A stretch of DNA of 62,362 nt, filler included, from Sphacelaria rigidula (taxonomy: Eukaryota): NCBI GenBank assembly GCA_964200075.2. It is 8 parts of 8 records of this genome, joined end to end, with 100 filler letters (N's around TTAATTAATTAA, not from the genome) between each part and the next. Parts side by side here need not be neighbours in the genome. Positions count along the whole stretch, not along the records: positions 46,850 to 54,556 come from CAXNAA020013725.1; positions 54,657 to 62,362 come from CAXNAA020013726.1; 6 more parts are not named here. One strand, 5' to 3'. The translations under genes and the position numbers were made by a program. Positions 49,780-62,362 of this stretch are shown here, piece by piece (position 1 is the stretch's first letter; the number at the start of each line of letters is the position of its first letter). The notes below the pieces were generated by a model that saw only the letters and a list, made by a program, of their open reading frames with translations, was not told the origin of the DNA and did not search any database.

Positions 49780-51237
49780 CTGCGAGAGTTTGCATGAGTG
49801 TGTGCGGAAGATCCAAAACATGGAGCATATCTTGATATACGAAATTCGAATCCTCATGTACAAGCTTAACGGGTGGAATGACGTATTTGTGCGGGAAGAT
49901 ATGAAACATGCATGAAGCGTCAAATTGAAGGCGAATCATCATCGCGACTGAAAAACAGCAAGGATTCCCACGTCTGGATCGGGACAACGTTTCCACAACC
50001 GACAAAAAAAAAAGTGTGAAGGCGTTTGTTGAAGAAGAAATAGAATCCCAACTGGAAACATACAGGGAAAAAGGCTGTGGCGTCCGATTGCGAAGAATTT
50101 TAGATCAAAACTGCAGGAACATAAGCATATGAAAATCGAGGCACAAACGTTCACAGTGGCATATCGATGGACTCCAAATGTCCACTTCACAGCCAAGCAG
50201 TTAACAACCTCCGCGACGATGCTGGAAATTGAAACACAAACTGGAATCGTTTCATCATCGACGTACCGTTCATGGTGGAAAGAACATGGGTTCGATTCCG
50301 GCCAGATGTGTTTTTTTCTTCTTCGAAGAATATCTCATTTCCGTGGTGAAACCTTGACAACGTGAGTAGCGAAGAAGGTCTATGTCACGATAGTAAACGC
50401 GGTGCGGAAGGGCTGAGCCGATCCGGGAGACCAAAGTGTAAGGCATGTGCCGGTGGAACGAGGGGTTGGTCCCCTGAGACCCCTGGGGAGTGGGGGGGGA
50501 GACGGGGGGACGTACGACGTCAGCTCAGTACAACTTATCTCCACAGCGTGAAGGATATGCCTAAAGCACAGACAGGAAACGCCTCGTACATGTCCTCTCC
50601 TTCTCAAAACGTGAGCATTTGCTCCACTTACTGGAATCGTTTCTCAACAACGCGCTACCTCCCTTCGAAAAAAACAAAAAACAAAACTGCCCCTAGCTCA
50701 CGACTAAATAGATTAAATACTGCCCCGACCAGTAAAAGTCTACACGTTGAAGCGAGCGGACTAGCAAAGCGAACGAACAACGCCCAAAGGTGACCAGGGT
50801 AGGCTACCATGCCGCAGAGGCTACCCCCTACTTCCGGGGCATTTGCAGTACCGAGTGAGTACCTCAGGGCACCCGGGGAACGCTCCGTAGAAGAGCTTAC
50901 CCCCAACCCGCCGCCGAATTCCGTAGCAAAATATTACTTGGTTCCAGTGTGGACCATTACGATGTTCTAATGTTCCCAGGGTTGATATTTACCAGTGCTC
51001 GCTCATGTGTCCGAGATGTGTTCGCACTCAAATCAACCTAGGGACGAAGCTCATAAGAGTAGGGCAGTGCGTCGTGCACTACGCCAAGTTGACAGGGAGG
51101 TTTAGTGGGCTCAATTCCCACACTGCCTTGCGCAAAGCTTCCCTAACACCCGAGGCGGCAACCCCATATGACCGCGACATAGTCTAGTCGAGCCTCCGCG
51201 TAATCGGCGTACGAACCCCTTCGCGGGGGGAATGTTG

Positions 51238-51932
51238 CACACGTCAGACAGCTCATGAGCTACCTAAATATCATTTCAAGGGCAGGTCGAGTAAAGTACC
51301 CGGAATTGTGCGAGTCATCGCACACCCCCTGGACCGAATTTCAAAGCTCGATTACTCCACAACAACGAGAGCATCAGTTCTGAAAAGGGTGACGCTGGAA
51401 AGATCTCGTCGATAGCTGCCCGAAAACGCGTCGTTTGGAATTGGCACCCTCTTCATGAAGAAATCGAGCCTTGAAATTCGGTCCAGGGGGTGTGCGATGA
51501 CTCGCACAATTACGGTAAACTCAATTGCGGGGTATTTTGAAAGTCATAATTGAAGTACACAAGTTGGGGGTGGGGTTCACAGGGATCGTTTTCCAGTCAT
51601 TTTTCGGGTACGACGCCCAACACTCTACCCTAATTTGAGTACCTCAGGTGCGGTCTTTCAAAATACCCCGCAATTGAGTATGCGCAACCATACTCAACCT
51701 GCCCTTGTACGACTTTTTATCAGTGCATTGATCCGGATAATGAGCTAGTTCATTCGGACCCTTTTTCCACATTTATTCCCTACAGCGCTGGACGCATAGC
51801 ACGGGGAGTAGCGCAAGTTGGGTCATTGGCTTCTCGAGCCCCGCTGTCACGTATTTGTCTTCTTGGACATTTGATCTGAGAGTCCTTTTCGATTAGTCAT
51901 ATGAGGTAGCTCATGAGCTGTCCGACGTGGTG
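51238..51932. mobile_element. Three nested MITEs (outer 51238-51932, middle 51277-51707, inner 51299-51515)
   Basis: Three concentric TIR pairs; the inner element is flanked by a TA duplication. Confidence 0.85.
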
Positions 51933-52534
51933 TGGTATGTTGCGTAAGGTTTCCTCGTTCCTTAAGGGGCAAAAAAAGAGTTGAATCGACGCCGGTCCGA
52001 GCTTTGCCAATGCACACTTTGCCAAGGGAACTCCTCAGCGCCCCCTTGCCCGAGAGTGCTTGGTGTGTCTTCGGCTGGTATTCAAGGTTTGCACCGGAGA
52101 CTCCAGGGTTTGGGTCAGGGTTCGACAAGAAGAGTGTATGATAAACGATAGATCTTGGCGACGTGTTGGGGGTGAAAACGTAACTCATCTCTTTTGATCA
52201 GATATATATATATATATGTATGTATGTATATATGGATAATGGATAAATTCAAGAGACCGATCCGTACCCATGCCGCCTTCAAAGCAACGATACTGCTATA
52301 AAACAAAATAGCATACCATGTGGGGATGAAAAGAAAGAGGAAAAAAACAAATCAGGTGAATTCTTCGCCGCGTGCGCACTATGCATCATAGATCGGCCGT
52401 CTCGCTACTTTGTCGATGATGGTTAAACGAACAGTAGACCGGTGGAAAAATTGAAGACACGTTGCAAGGGAGAAAAGAGAGACGCCATGAAGAATAAATC
52501 GTCGGCCCGGGGGGAAAAAAAAATGGGAACTCAC

Positions 52535-52598
52535 CGTAACTGACAGGGAAACTCCGATGAACAAGATAAAGGAGGTGCTGGATTCCACGTCGTCCAGC
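52535..52598 (-). CDS. CPA2 cation/H+ antiporter exon
   Basis: LDDVESSTSFILFIGVSLSVT splices in phase 0 onto AFPVLSRIL; TAG acceptor, GTGAGT donor. Confidence 0.85.
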
Positions 52599-54444
52599 CT
52601 AACAGACAGCCGCGGAGAACGTGCCCGGCAAGCATAGGATATTTTCATTTATCGCACCAGGGAGGGAGGGGGGGAGGGTTGAGAATTAGGCCAAGAGAGG
52701 AGGTCTTGTGCACTATAGTCGTGAGGGAGGGACGGGCTGTTTTGGTGTTATGAAAACGATCTCGTTGTGACTGCCGACCACCTGAAAAAAAAAAAAAAAA
52801 AAACTTGAAAGCAAGGAGGATACCTCACCCTAAACCGAACCCCGCGAGCGGGTTCCTGTGTCGATCACCCGGAGGCTAGTTTCTTGCCCTTTTATTTTCT
52901 TCGCTTCGTTCGCCTTCTTTGTCGCACCCTTCTTTCGAGTGTACTTGGATTTTTTTCAGCGAGGGTTTCCGTTTCACGCATCAGTGTGATCGCGGGTACA
53001 TTATATCTTGTGCGAACACGGCTGGATTCGAAGCGAATCAACTCAAGCGAAGCAACTCAGGTGAGAAAAACCAGTCGTGAATCGATGTACGTGCAGGAAC
53101 ACCTTTCGAGAAACTGAGAGCAGTATTCATCACTCGAGGCTATGTAACTAACCCCCTGATTGCATACACCCAGCGCCCCCCCCGCAGTTTACGACTCCAA
53201 GCAGCCTTTCGAAAAAGAAAAAAAAAAAGGAGATCACAATCGACCGAAAATCTGCTCTCCAGCAGGCTGATAGTCGATGAAAAAAGGCGATATTGTGTAC
53301 ACATATGGAAGCAAAAAGCGCCACACGAACGTTCCACGAACTAGTTGAGATTGTGCTCTCGCAGAACATGTCGGTTAAGGGTGCAGGAACGCGAGTCGAG
53401 GTACCGTGGATCTTCAGCATATTTTTAGTGAAGTATTCGCTGAAGCCGTGGGACTACCGGACGAACTCCATTATTTCTGGAAAATGATTACATTCGATCT
53501 CGTCGACATCGAGCTGAACCGACGGAGCCCCGCATTGAAACCTACTTTCGTGTGAGACTACACGAGGCAAGGTTTTCGAGTCTCGTGTAAAAACAGGGGA
53601 CACCCTCGATAGCGGGGCGCCGTTCTGTATGCGCCGTACGGGCACAACACGGGAATAATCGGATGGTCATGATCCAAATATACCGTTGTGTACTGATCGG
53701 TTTCACCAACACCACGTACACACGCTAATGACCACACAACGCATACAAGAATATTCCACCCGAGTCACAACTCGTAAGATGTGCGACGTCTGGACTCTGC
53801 TGCTCGAAACACTTGCTACAGGGAGCATATCCACACCACCGTATACAGTACCGAGTATCTCGTGGTTCGCTACCAAGCTTTTAGCCAGCGTTCGACCGCG
53901 TTTTTTTTTCTTGTTTCCATTAATATCACAAACAACGAAAAATCACCACGGTAGGCTGCACAGTATACAATCGTACCCTGAACAAATACACGGCCGATGC
54001 TTACGGTTGAAAAAAAATGTTCTGCGTAACGTATACGCCTATTGCAACTCTTGTAGACTGTATGGTCAATAGCTGCAACAGAAAGAAATCAGACTGCGTA
54101 AAGTACAGGCCTATTGCAACTATTGTCGAACCATGTTTGCAACAGGCCTCTACTTCACGCAGCACATATTTTTCTATTGCAACGATTGACCATGTATTTT
54201 GTCGAGTGTGGTATGTACATATATACATATGCCGCAAGTATATCGTACACCACGGGTACTGAGCGCGTCACCGACATCACGTACAGCCCTACCTTGCAGA
54301 ACACCACCCAGTAGCAATTCTTCGGCTGAGTTTGGCACCATGTTGATATCTACGGTAGTGTAGCGGGGGACGTTGGGTACCAACCCCATAAAATAACATC
54401 CCCGTGTGATGGATTTTCGAGCCCCAGGAAGGTCATCATCCGGG

Positions 54445-54556
54445 GATTTGATTGATTTGATTGATTGTCGGACTTTAACTGACCCGCCAGGGGTCCAGCC
54501 GTAGTCTCATTATAGACGTACCCAAGAAAAACGAAACTGAAACACGCTCTGAGAAA
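54445..54556 (-). mobile_element. 3' end of the RTE-like LINE family, cut by the contig end
   Basis: Closely similar to 10745-10850. Confidence 0.7.
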
Positions 54557-55357
54557 NNNNNNNNNNNNNNNNNNNNNNNNNNNNNNNNNNNNNNNNNNNN
54601 TTAATTAATTAANNNNNNNNNNNNNNNNNNNNNNNNNNNNNNNNNNNNNNNNNNNNTACTTTTGCGATCTCGGGGCTGGTGTCAGGGTCAAGCTAGGCCC
54701 TTCCACCACCAACGCGCGGTTGTCGCATCATCGATGGTTGGTTCCAGCAACGGATATAGTATTGGTCGTCACGCATAGGGATAGGGACAGAACAGTAATA
54801 GCGGAGAGACTCAGGAACCATTTCCGGGGAGAAAGGGGCGTGGTCGTTATGGCGTCCGTGAACGGCAAATGAGCGGGAACAGAGCCGAAGGTGTGGGCGC
54901 CATGGTTGGAGTTGGCGCCTAGACTCCCTTGCGCGCGGTGTGCCGCATCAGGTACAGTGTAGAGAGCGATGGCCTAGCACGGGTACGTTCTCGATCGATC
55001 GGTGGCCCAGATAAGGTACGATTGAAGAATAATTCCTGGATCAGGTGTACCTGGGCGGAATTTGGCCTACAAAAGGTAAGCGGTTTCTAGAGGCGAGCCG
55101 TCCATCGCTCTTATAATATATTGTCTGCGATATTCGTGTTTACGTCTAGGTGTGTGCAGTGTGTGAGTATGTGCTCGCCTCTGTAATAGCATCCCCATGG
55201 TTATCATAGTACGACAATACATCAGAAATATTTGTTTGAGTATGACGCATATATAAACAGAACGCTTTGGAGTGTAACATATAGGTCAGGTGAAAATATT
55301 GGTTCAATTGGTTATTCAACGGATCATTTATCCAGTTGCACCAGTCTGGTCGGTTAA

Positions 55358-55536
55358 CCTTTAGACGGCGAGAGTAGGTCACGTGCTGAATCGGCATCAA
55401 TTTTCACTTGAAGAAACTATGCGTGATCCAGATTATAACCCTTAGACCGCGAGGTTAGTCTTCTGTTGAATCGGCATCAATTTCAAGTGAAAAAAAGTAT
55501 GCATGATCCAGAAACACCAACCTCGTCGTCTAAGGG
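55358..55536. mobile_element. piggyBac-like MITE with duplicated left end
   Basis: TTAA|CCTTTAGAC at 55358, ATAA|CCCTTAGAC at 55439, GTCTAAGGG|TTAA at 55536. Confidence 0.6.
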
Positions 55537-58500
55537 TTAAACTGGCAGCCAGTTCACAACACTATATCTTAGGGCCCTTCTTATCGAAGGGGATTCTCCC
55601 CTCTTTCTAAATCCCCTTTTGACAGGGGATTGGTCCCATAGTGACCAGTTCTGAGTCCTGCCGAGAAGCGGCTTTGTACTGATCGAACCCCAGATCTGCA
55701 CGCAGGTTCAGAAATACGGCGGGTCTGGAAGTGGTCGTTAGTCCAAGGTCTCGGTACTGCTACAGACTTAGTGTTGGATATCGAACCATTTAGCACTTCG
55801 AAACGACATCGACCTTTGCAGAACTCGATAGCGATAATTCTCGATAAATTCGGCGAAGCCGAATCGCGGCGATCGCAGCGAGTCCGCTCGCTGTGCAAGC
55901 CCCAAATGCTCCCCCCCCCCCCCCCCGCCCCCCACCCATCACCGAACACGAACAAGCAACAAATGAGTACGCCCCCCCCCCTCCCTCCCCCTCGGCTCGT
56001 GAGGGGGGCCCGCGGGAGGCGCCGCCGGAGGCAAGGAAATTGGGATATATGGCTTTATTCCCCATCGAAAGTGGACAAATCAAGGTCTCCCAGCCTGAGA
56101 GAATACTTGTCCAGATTCGACAAAACTCAAAATCCACACCGCCCGTTTTATCCTTTTGTCGAACTGCTTTCGATACGATAACGATAACGATAACGATAAT
56201 TCGATACCTGAATCGACACGTTCGATACGATATCCAGCACTAATAGAGATGGGCCTTTGTTTCTTATGCACCTTTTTTTATTTCACGTTTCACTTTTTTT
56301 GCTCTACTCGGAGGTGTAAATTATGCGCAGCTTTATGCGTACTTTGGTGGAATATATGCGACTTATGTACCTTCTTCGCGTCCTTGTTGTGGCGGTTCCT
56401 GGCGGCATCCCCCACGAAACGTACCCTACAGGATGAAAACAAGGCGATACGTGGATCATTTCAAGATTTCACGTTTGCTTGGAGAAAAGGCTCGCTCGTT
56501 TTCTCCGTTGATTGATTTTGAAGGCCACACCTACTTTCTTGGATACTGCGGTGTTACTCGCCGCGACGTTACTTTCGCACATCACATTTCAGCTCTTGCA
56601 TACATCGATCAGACATCGTATTTCAGGCATTTGTCATAAACACGGGATCTTACAAATTGGGGATGGATCTTCTATTGGGGATGAAAAATCCGGAAAATTA
56701 AAATCTTCGTATCCACACCAAGTCTTCAAAATATAGTCCCATTTCTTTACCTTCTTATGGCTATTGACAACTACTACACGCCATAGAAATTGGGATTTCG
56801 ATCACCGGAATGTTGGGGTCCTAGGTGAAAAAAAACTGGAACCATCTTGGCGTCAGTTCGGACACCCGGAATTCCCCAAAATGGATTTTTCACCTAGGAC
56901 CATAACATTTCGGTGATCGAAATCCCTATTTCTATGGCGTGTAGCAATTGTCAATAACTATCAGTAGGTGAAGAAATGGGGCCATATTTCGAAGATTTGA
57001 TGTGGATATGAAAATTTTAATTCTCCGGGTTTCCCATCCCCAGTAAAAGATCCATCTCCAATTTGTAAGATCCCGTGTTCATACACGCACTTACTGGATG
57101 ACACGCCACTATACCTATTACGTTACCGCATGGCACTCTAGCCTCTGGCCCAGCAACCTACCCCCTCCCCGCCCGATTATCCACATCCGATCCGGGCATT
57201 CCTCTCCTAGCGGTCCCGGTTGTATTTCGGAATGACAGCTGACTCGGTTCTATCACTTGGTGCGCTCTCCTGACGGGAGTTCAAGCACTGAGCACCCCCA
57301 TAAGAATGGAAAATACACATTTCATGAATGCCGATGATGGCTGGAGTAGAATAATATCCATCTTACAGACTGGTTCACCTCATCACCCCAAATTGTGTCA
57401 TCAGCAAATGCCTTTCGCAAAACCTACCCAATAGTTGCATGCATGATGTGATACTGACTGCCATGGGCAGCTGAAGAGCGTGACATAGCCGGATTTGTGT
57501 GTAAGGCCATTGTGGTAGCGCTAAGGGCAAAAATGTATATAAACCAATCAGCGCCCGTCAAATTGTTCCGACATCGAAATGACTAATTCCAAGCCCAGTT
57601 TTCACCCAATCTCCACATGCTTTAAATCGTAGTAACCGTCATCGGCTCGGGAATCTAACGAAAAAAGCATATTTGAAACGATTACTACGGGGGTCGAATT
57701 ATACCCGAAACCGTGATGTTTCGGTGATGCCGGGTGCTGGCGTCGCCTAATTTTCACTAATGTACGCACGAAATACCCAGGGAGCCTCGTGACGGTGTCC
57801 CCTATATGTGTTGTAGAAAAGCTCCGATCGCTCTCAAACTTGGCAGTTCCGTAGGTATTGATGCTCAAAATGGAAAAACTGTATTCTTGACAAGTTGTAA
57901 TGGTTTCTTCGTTCTCCACCGGCTTCCGGGGGTCCCAGTAGGAAGACCCCCGGAAGGCGGTTCAGAATGCCCCAAAAGAAAAATAACCAAAATATGCGTC
58001 CCGGGAAAGTCCAAGGAACACATGTACAAAGTTTGGTGGAGAAACTCGAAAACCTCATTTAATTTTTCTTGCCTTGACGTCAAATTCACCCAAAAAGACA
58101 TTCCTACACTAAAACTGAGTAGTGAGGAGTTTCACATTTCAAGCCCACGTCCTCCACAAACGCGCGAACCTTCACGCCATTATTAGGAGTCAGATCCTGA
58201 AAATTTGCACAAATGTGCTATGTGTCATTTCGCAACTTTGTCTGGACGAGGTTGTTTTACTTCTTCAGTTTTGCATCGTTTTCGAGGGTCCGACGGGATC
58301 CAAGCCATTTTCGGATTAGTCTCCATTCTGAGACCCCGGAAAACCGGCACTAGTTTATTTTTTCATTTCTTCGCGCATAATCTGTCGCCACATAACCCAA
58401 GGAAGGGCCCCACAAAAATTCATCGCAAAACTCTATCAACTGATGCTTGAATTTTCATGTTCATGTCAAAGAAGGTCCCAAAACGCCGTTTTGGTACAAG

Positions 58501-60669
58501 ATCAAGTGGCTCGCGGTTTCACCGCGGTACGCCAAGGTTTTTTGCACAAAAGCGAAAGTCCTCTCGCCTTTTTAAGGAGTTAAACCCTAAAATTTTGCAC
58601 AGCTGTTCTATGGGTGACAACGCAACTTTGGAAGAACGAGTTTTTTTTTTCTTCACCGTTTTTCGGGGGTCCTATTGGATTGATGTTTTCCCGAAAAATG
58701 GGGACCCCGGAAAACGGTAGAAAATTCAAAAAGGAAAACAAAAAATCGTTCTTCGGAAGTTGCGTAATGACCCATAGGACATCTGTGCAAAATTTCAGGG
58801 TCTAACTCCTTGAAACGGCATGAGGTTTTGCCGGTGAGTGTTTTTTGGGTGATCAGCGTGAACCAGCTCGTGACCTTAACCTTATACTAATAGGAGAGCT
58901 TGTTTTTGTCGTCGTTTCAAAACGACATCAAATCATACTGGGAGTCAGTCCTGCGGCCGAGACCAAAAAGTCGACCTTTTCGGACACGAGGCACCGCATG
59001 ACCTCGGCGGTCACAAACGGAAATACGTCCCGCTGGCGGATCTCATCCACAGTGTCGCCTGCGTGTTGCTCGACGTAGACGAAGTTGCGGACTGGACTGT
59101 GTGGTGTGTGTCATTGTGGCGGGAGTCAGATGACAAAAAATAGTTTACATACAGCACAATGACCGATACCAGACCCGCAATAAAGCCCAAAAAAGAACTA
59201 CGAACACAAATGCCACGACACCACGAGTCACGCCACATTCTGCTGGGCAGGGGGTGCATTATCCCGTTGGAGTAGGTACTATATGCGCCAAGTTATGCGT
59301 AAAATTAGCTGTGATGCCTTTGTTGTGCTGAAATCTCGTGAAGTGTATTTTTTTCCAAAAAACGAATAAGTTGATGCGCAAAACCCCGTTTTATGCCGAT
59401 AAATATGCGCGCATAAGAAGCAAATACCTAGCTACAGACAGGACGCAGCAAGGCAACACAACACCTACACACCCAGCCCTGAAGAAGCACGCACAGCACC
59501 CATCAGTCACGCGCATTACTTCAACCGCTAGACCTTGCTCATCACCACGCGGCAGCCTTTGTTTGATGGAATTTTTTTCTGTATTGGACGAATGGCGGCC
59601 GCGTGCGTGTCAAAAACAACCGGGAACGTGTCGTTCCTGACCGTTTGTGTGTGTGCTGTGCGTATGTCTCACACAAATAATCGTGTCTCAGTGGATCCTG
59701 AACAATTTTGAGCAAGGTCACGCACAGCGTGCACAGCTGATGAGCAGCTACGGCTCGACCTGCGTCTTTTTGTATGATATATCTTCAAGTCTTCGCATGT
59801 GCCCCTGTCAAGGGGACACGGATATCCCGCCCTCGAGGTGTCCGGAATTCCCTTTTGAAAGGAAGATTTCTGGGCGCGTTTTGGGGATTCCTTGGGGACA
59901 GTGATATCGCAGCGACCAATCAGCAGTCGTTTGTCAAAAGAGGGATTCTGCACAAGAAGAAAATCTCTCTTGATAAGACGGGCTCGTACATGGGTGCACA
60001 CAAATTGTGTTGTACTGTGCTCGAGGTCTGGGCCGCCTGTCTGACGCCCCGTCTGTTGCCAGCGTAGCTTCACACTGTCTGCAGTGCTGTTGAACACTAA
60101 GCAGAGGCATCAGCAACATGCAGTATATTGTGTTCAGTGGAGAGCGATGGCACGCTGACTGTTTCTTGCCGTTGTATCCAGCGGAGACACACTGCACACA
60201 TACTGACTCTGCACGCTCTTATTTGCAGGGCCAAAACCGGTGAGGGGTTTTCCGGACCTGTTTTTCATGTAGGTGCCTGGCATCCCCATGACGAAAAAAT
60301 ACGTTTTTATGTAGCGAGAAAAGAGCTGTTCTGAACCCCAGATGTGGCATAGTACATCTCAGCCCACCTGCGGGGGGCTCGCTGTCTAAGGGTTAGGACT
60401 GACTACGTGTTATGCGGATTTTTCCCTGTATTTTTGTTTGGCAAGAAGTCCGAAATTTGCTGAAAAATGGATCAAAAGTATGAAAAGTAACCCCCGTTAA
60501 TAATGGCCCTACTCGAAAATGGCAGGTGATTTCCGCTGAATATGAGGTTCTAAACGGTCATGATCCTGTTCAATGGACTGAATTTTGATCAAAATTTTCA
60601 TACGTCGGACGAGCACAAGTGTGACTCGTGACACTCGCACTTGTTGGGCTGCTCGTTGGCCGTACAAAC

Positions 60670-60790
60670 TAATGGGGCGAGCCCTTGAGTCATTGCTCGT
60701 TGCGGAAAAAATTAATAGGGTAAGCACTCGAGTCATCGCTCGTTGTGGAAAAAATTAATGGGGCGAGCACTCGAGTCATACTCGTCGTCT
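60670..60790 (+). repeat. 43-bp tandem repeat, about three copies
   Basis: GAGTCAT at 60687, 60730 and 60773. Confidence 0.8.
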
Positions 60791-62362
60791 TTTGGAAAAA
60801 CACCCACGAGTGCACTCGTCTAAAAGAGTAATGACTCGTCTGACCTGTGAAAATTTTCCAGACACGGCCTGGCACTGCGCACTTCGCATGCGTGATGGCA
60901 CGATGGGCTCCGGGCCTGTAGGGTGACTTCTGTGTTGGATTTAATTTGTCGCATCAAAATCAATGACGCAAACCGTCCGTCATTTCGTGCCGCACGAAGA
61001 GCAACCATATTCTGGACAACATATCGCATTGTCAGAAAATGTACTGCGTACAGTATCGACTATCGCGCCTATTGCAATAGACAACATATTCCATACTGTA
61101 TGCAGTACTTTTTTTGACAATATCATTCATTGTGCAGGGTGTACAACAATATCAGAATACAAAACACCAAAAGCAGCTGTGATTTGGTGCCAAACATATG
61201 GAGGCATATCTCTCGATATATGAAGACTTCAGCAACGATCCATAGCTCATGTGAAACCCCTGAACACAACCAATATGTGGTATACGTTCACTGTTACACC
61301 CTGTGACATCATCTGGCGTGAAAACTCCTCTGAAGGTGGAGCGAATGCCGCACGAATTTTGGCTTGGTGGTGGTATTTTCGCCCCCTCTCATATTCTGTA
61401 ATCGTTTGTCTGGGTGGGTGCTGCTGGTGGGACGCGCGTCGTGTTTCGGCATTGAAGAAACGCTGGCTATATACTCCCGCGATCCAAGCAAAAAGGTCGA
61501 TTTGGAAATCCACACAAGGTCGATTTGTACGTCAGGCTTTTTGCGGCCGGTGCACGGGCAAGGGATGGTGTAAGATACGTCCGGGCGTCGTTCATTATGA
61601 AAACTAATCATCTTCAGATTTGCCGAAATCCGAGAATGCAGGCTCAAAATCCCCCGGATTCGGAGTGACCCTAATCCTTACCCACGTGATGGGTGATATG
61701 AGAGAATCACGTGGTCTGGACACAAAAATACTAGAAATGACAGTCCCGTGTGTGCCTAGAACTCGCCGTAATGTTTCTCTCGAAAGGTGATGGAAATGTC
61801 TATAATCGAAACTTCAAAGTTGGGGTTTTGATTTTGGCATGCTGCTGGTGACATGCAAGCACCACTTTTTCTAGTTAATGGGAAAACAATTGAATTGGCA
61901 ATTCGGCATGAGGGTCTTGATTCTAGTGAAGAAAATCAGTTGAGAAAAACCCCGAAAGAATGGCGGAGACATTCGGTGGGATTTCCAAATCGACCTTATA
62001 ACTTTGATCAGAGGGAGCACACAAGAGATGAGTGTATCGGCATGTCGGTGATGCTCGGCAAGAACCGGCCACGAAGTCCTGGCGGGACAATTTACTGTAC
62101 TTTCACTAGGAATGTCGGCATCACCACATAAGAGGAAGATATTCCCTCAAGTGCCCGTCGAGAAATCACCTTTTCACAGTGCCGCCACCATGAGATAACT
62201 GGTATGCCCCATGGATAGAATATAGACAGTATCCTACGAGCTGGGCCAGCCTAAAAACGGATTCAAGCTCTAAAAGCAATATCTCATCGACACAGATGAG
62301 TTGGGCCCTGATCCGCATATCGTATTAATCGTCTAATCCAGGGGAAGGTGCCCATCTGCTCA

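Noticed and set aside
50570..50585. Duplicate AFPV exon start of the antiporter
   Set aside because: Only a 12-bp match, with a poor acceptor and an early stop.
59650..62362. Short ORFs as transposase or viral remnants
   Set aside because: No recognisable motif; a translated search would be needed.

Overview
Eukaryotic nuclear DNA with long introns and many repeats. Gene structure, TTAGGG repeats and repeat style suggest a brown alga or other stramenopile (inference). It is not one locus: eight segments of 7709, 7709, 7708, 7708, 7708, 7707, 7707 and 7706 bp are joined by identical 100-bp N44-TTAATTAATTAA-N44 spacers, which looks like size-sorted unplaced contigs. Neighbouring segments are therefore probably unrelated and most genes are partial. 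Supported coding content: five EFTUD2/Snu114 exons, three exons of a CPA2 (KHA1/CHX-like) cation/H+ antiporter, two MAPEG-family exons, three exons of a basic protein with an N-terminal SLDEII UAP56-binding motif, four exons of a coiled-coil protein and a membrane-protein first exon. Non-coding content: an atypical initiator-type tRNA-Met fused to a LINE-like 3' tail, an RTE-like LINE remnant, a split 5S-like element, a three-copy structured repeat, a telomere-repeat-headed hairpin family and many MITEs. Several of the TIR elements carry internal arrays with about 42-bp period. No CRISPR-Cas system is supported. All family calls come from reading the sequence by eye; no searches were run.
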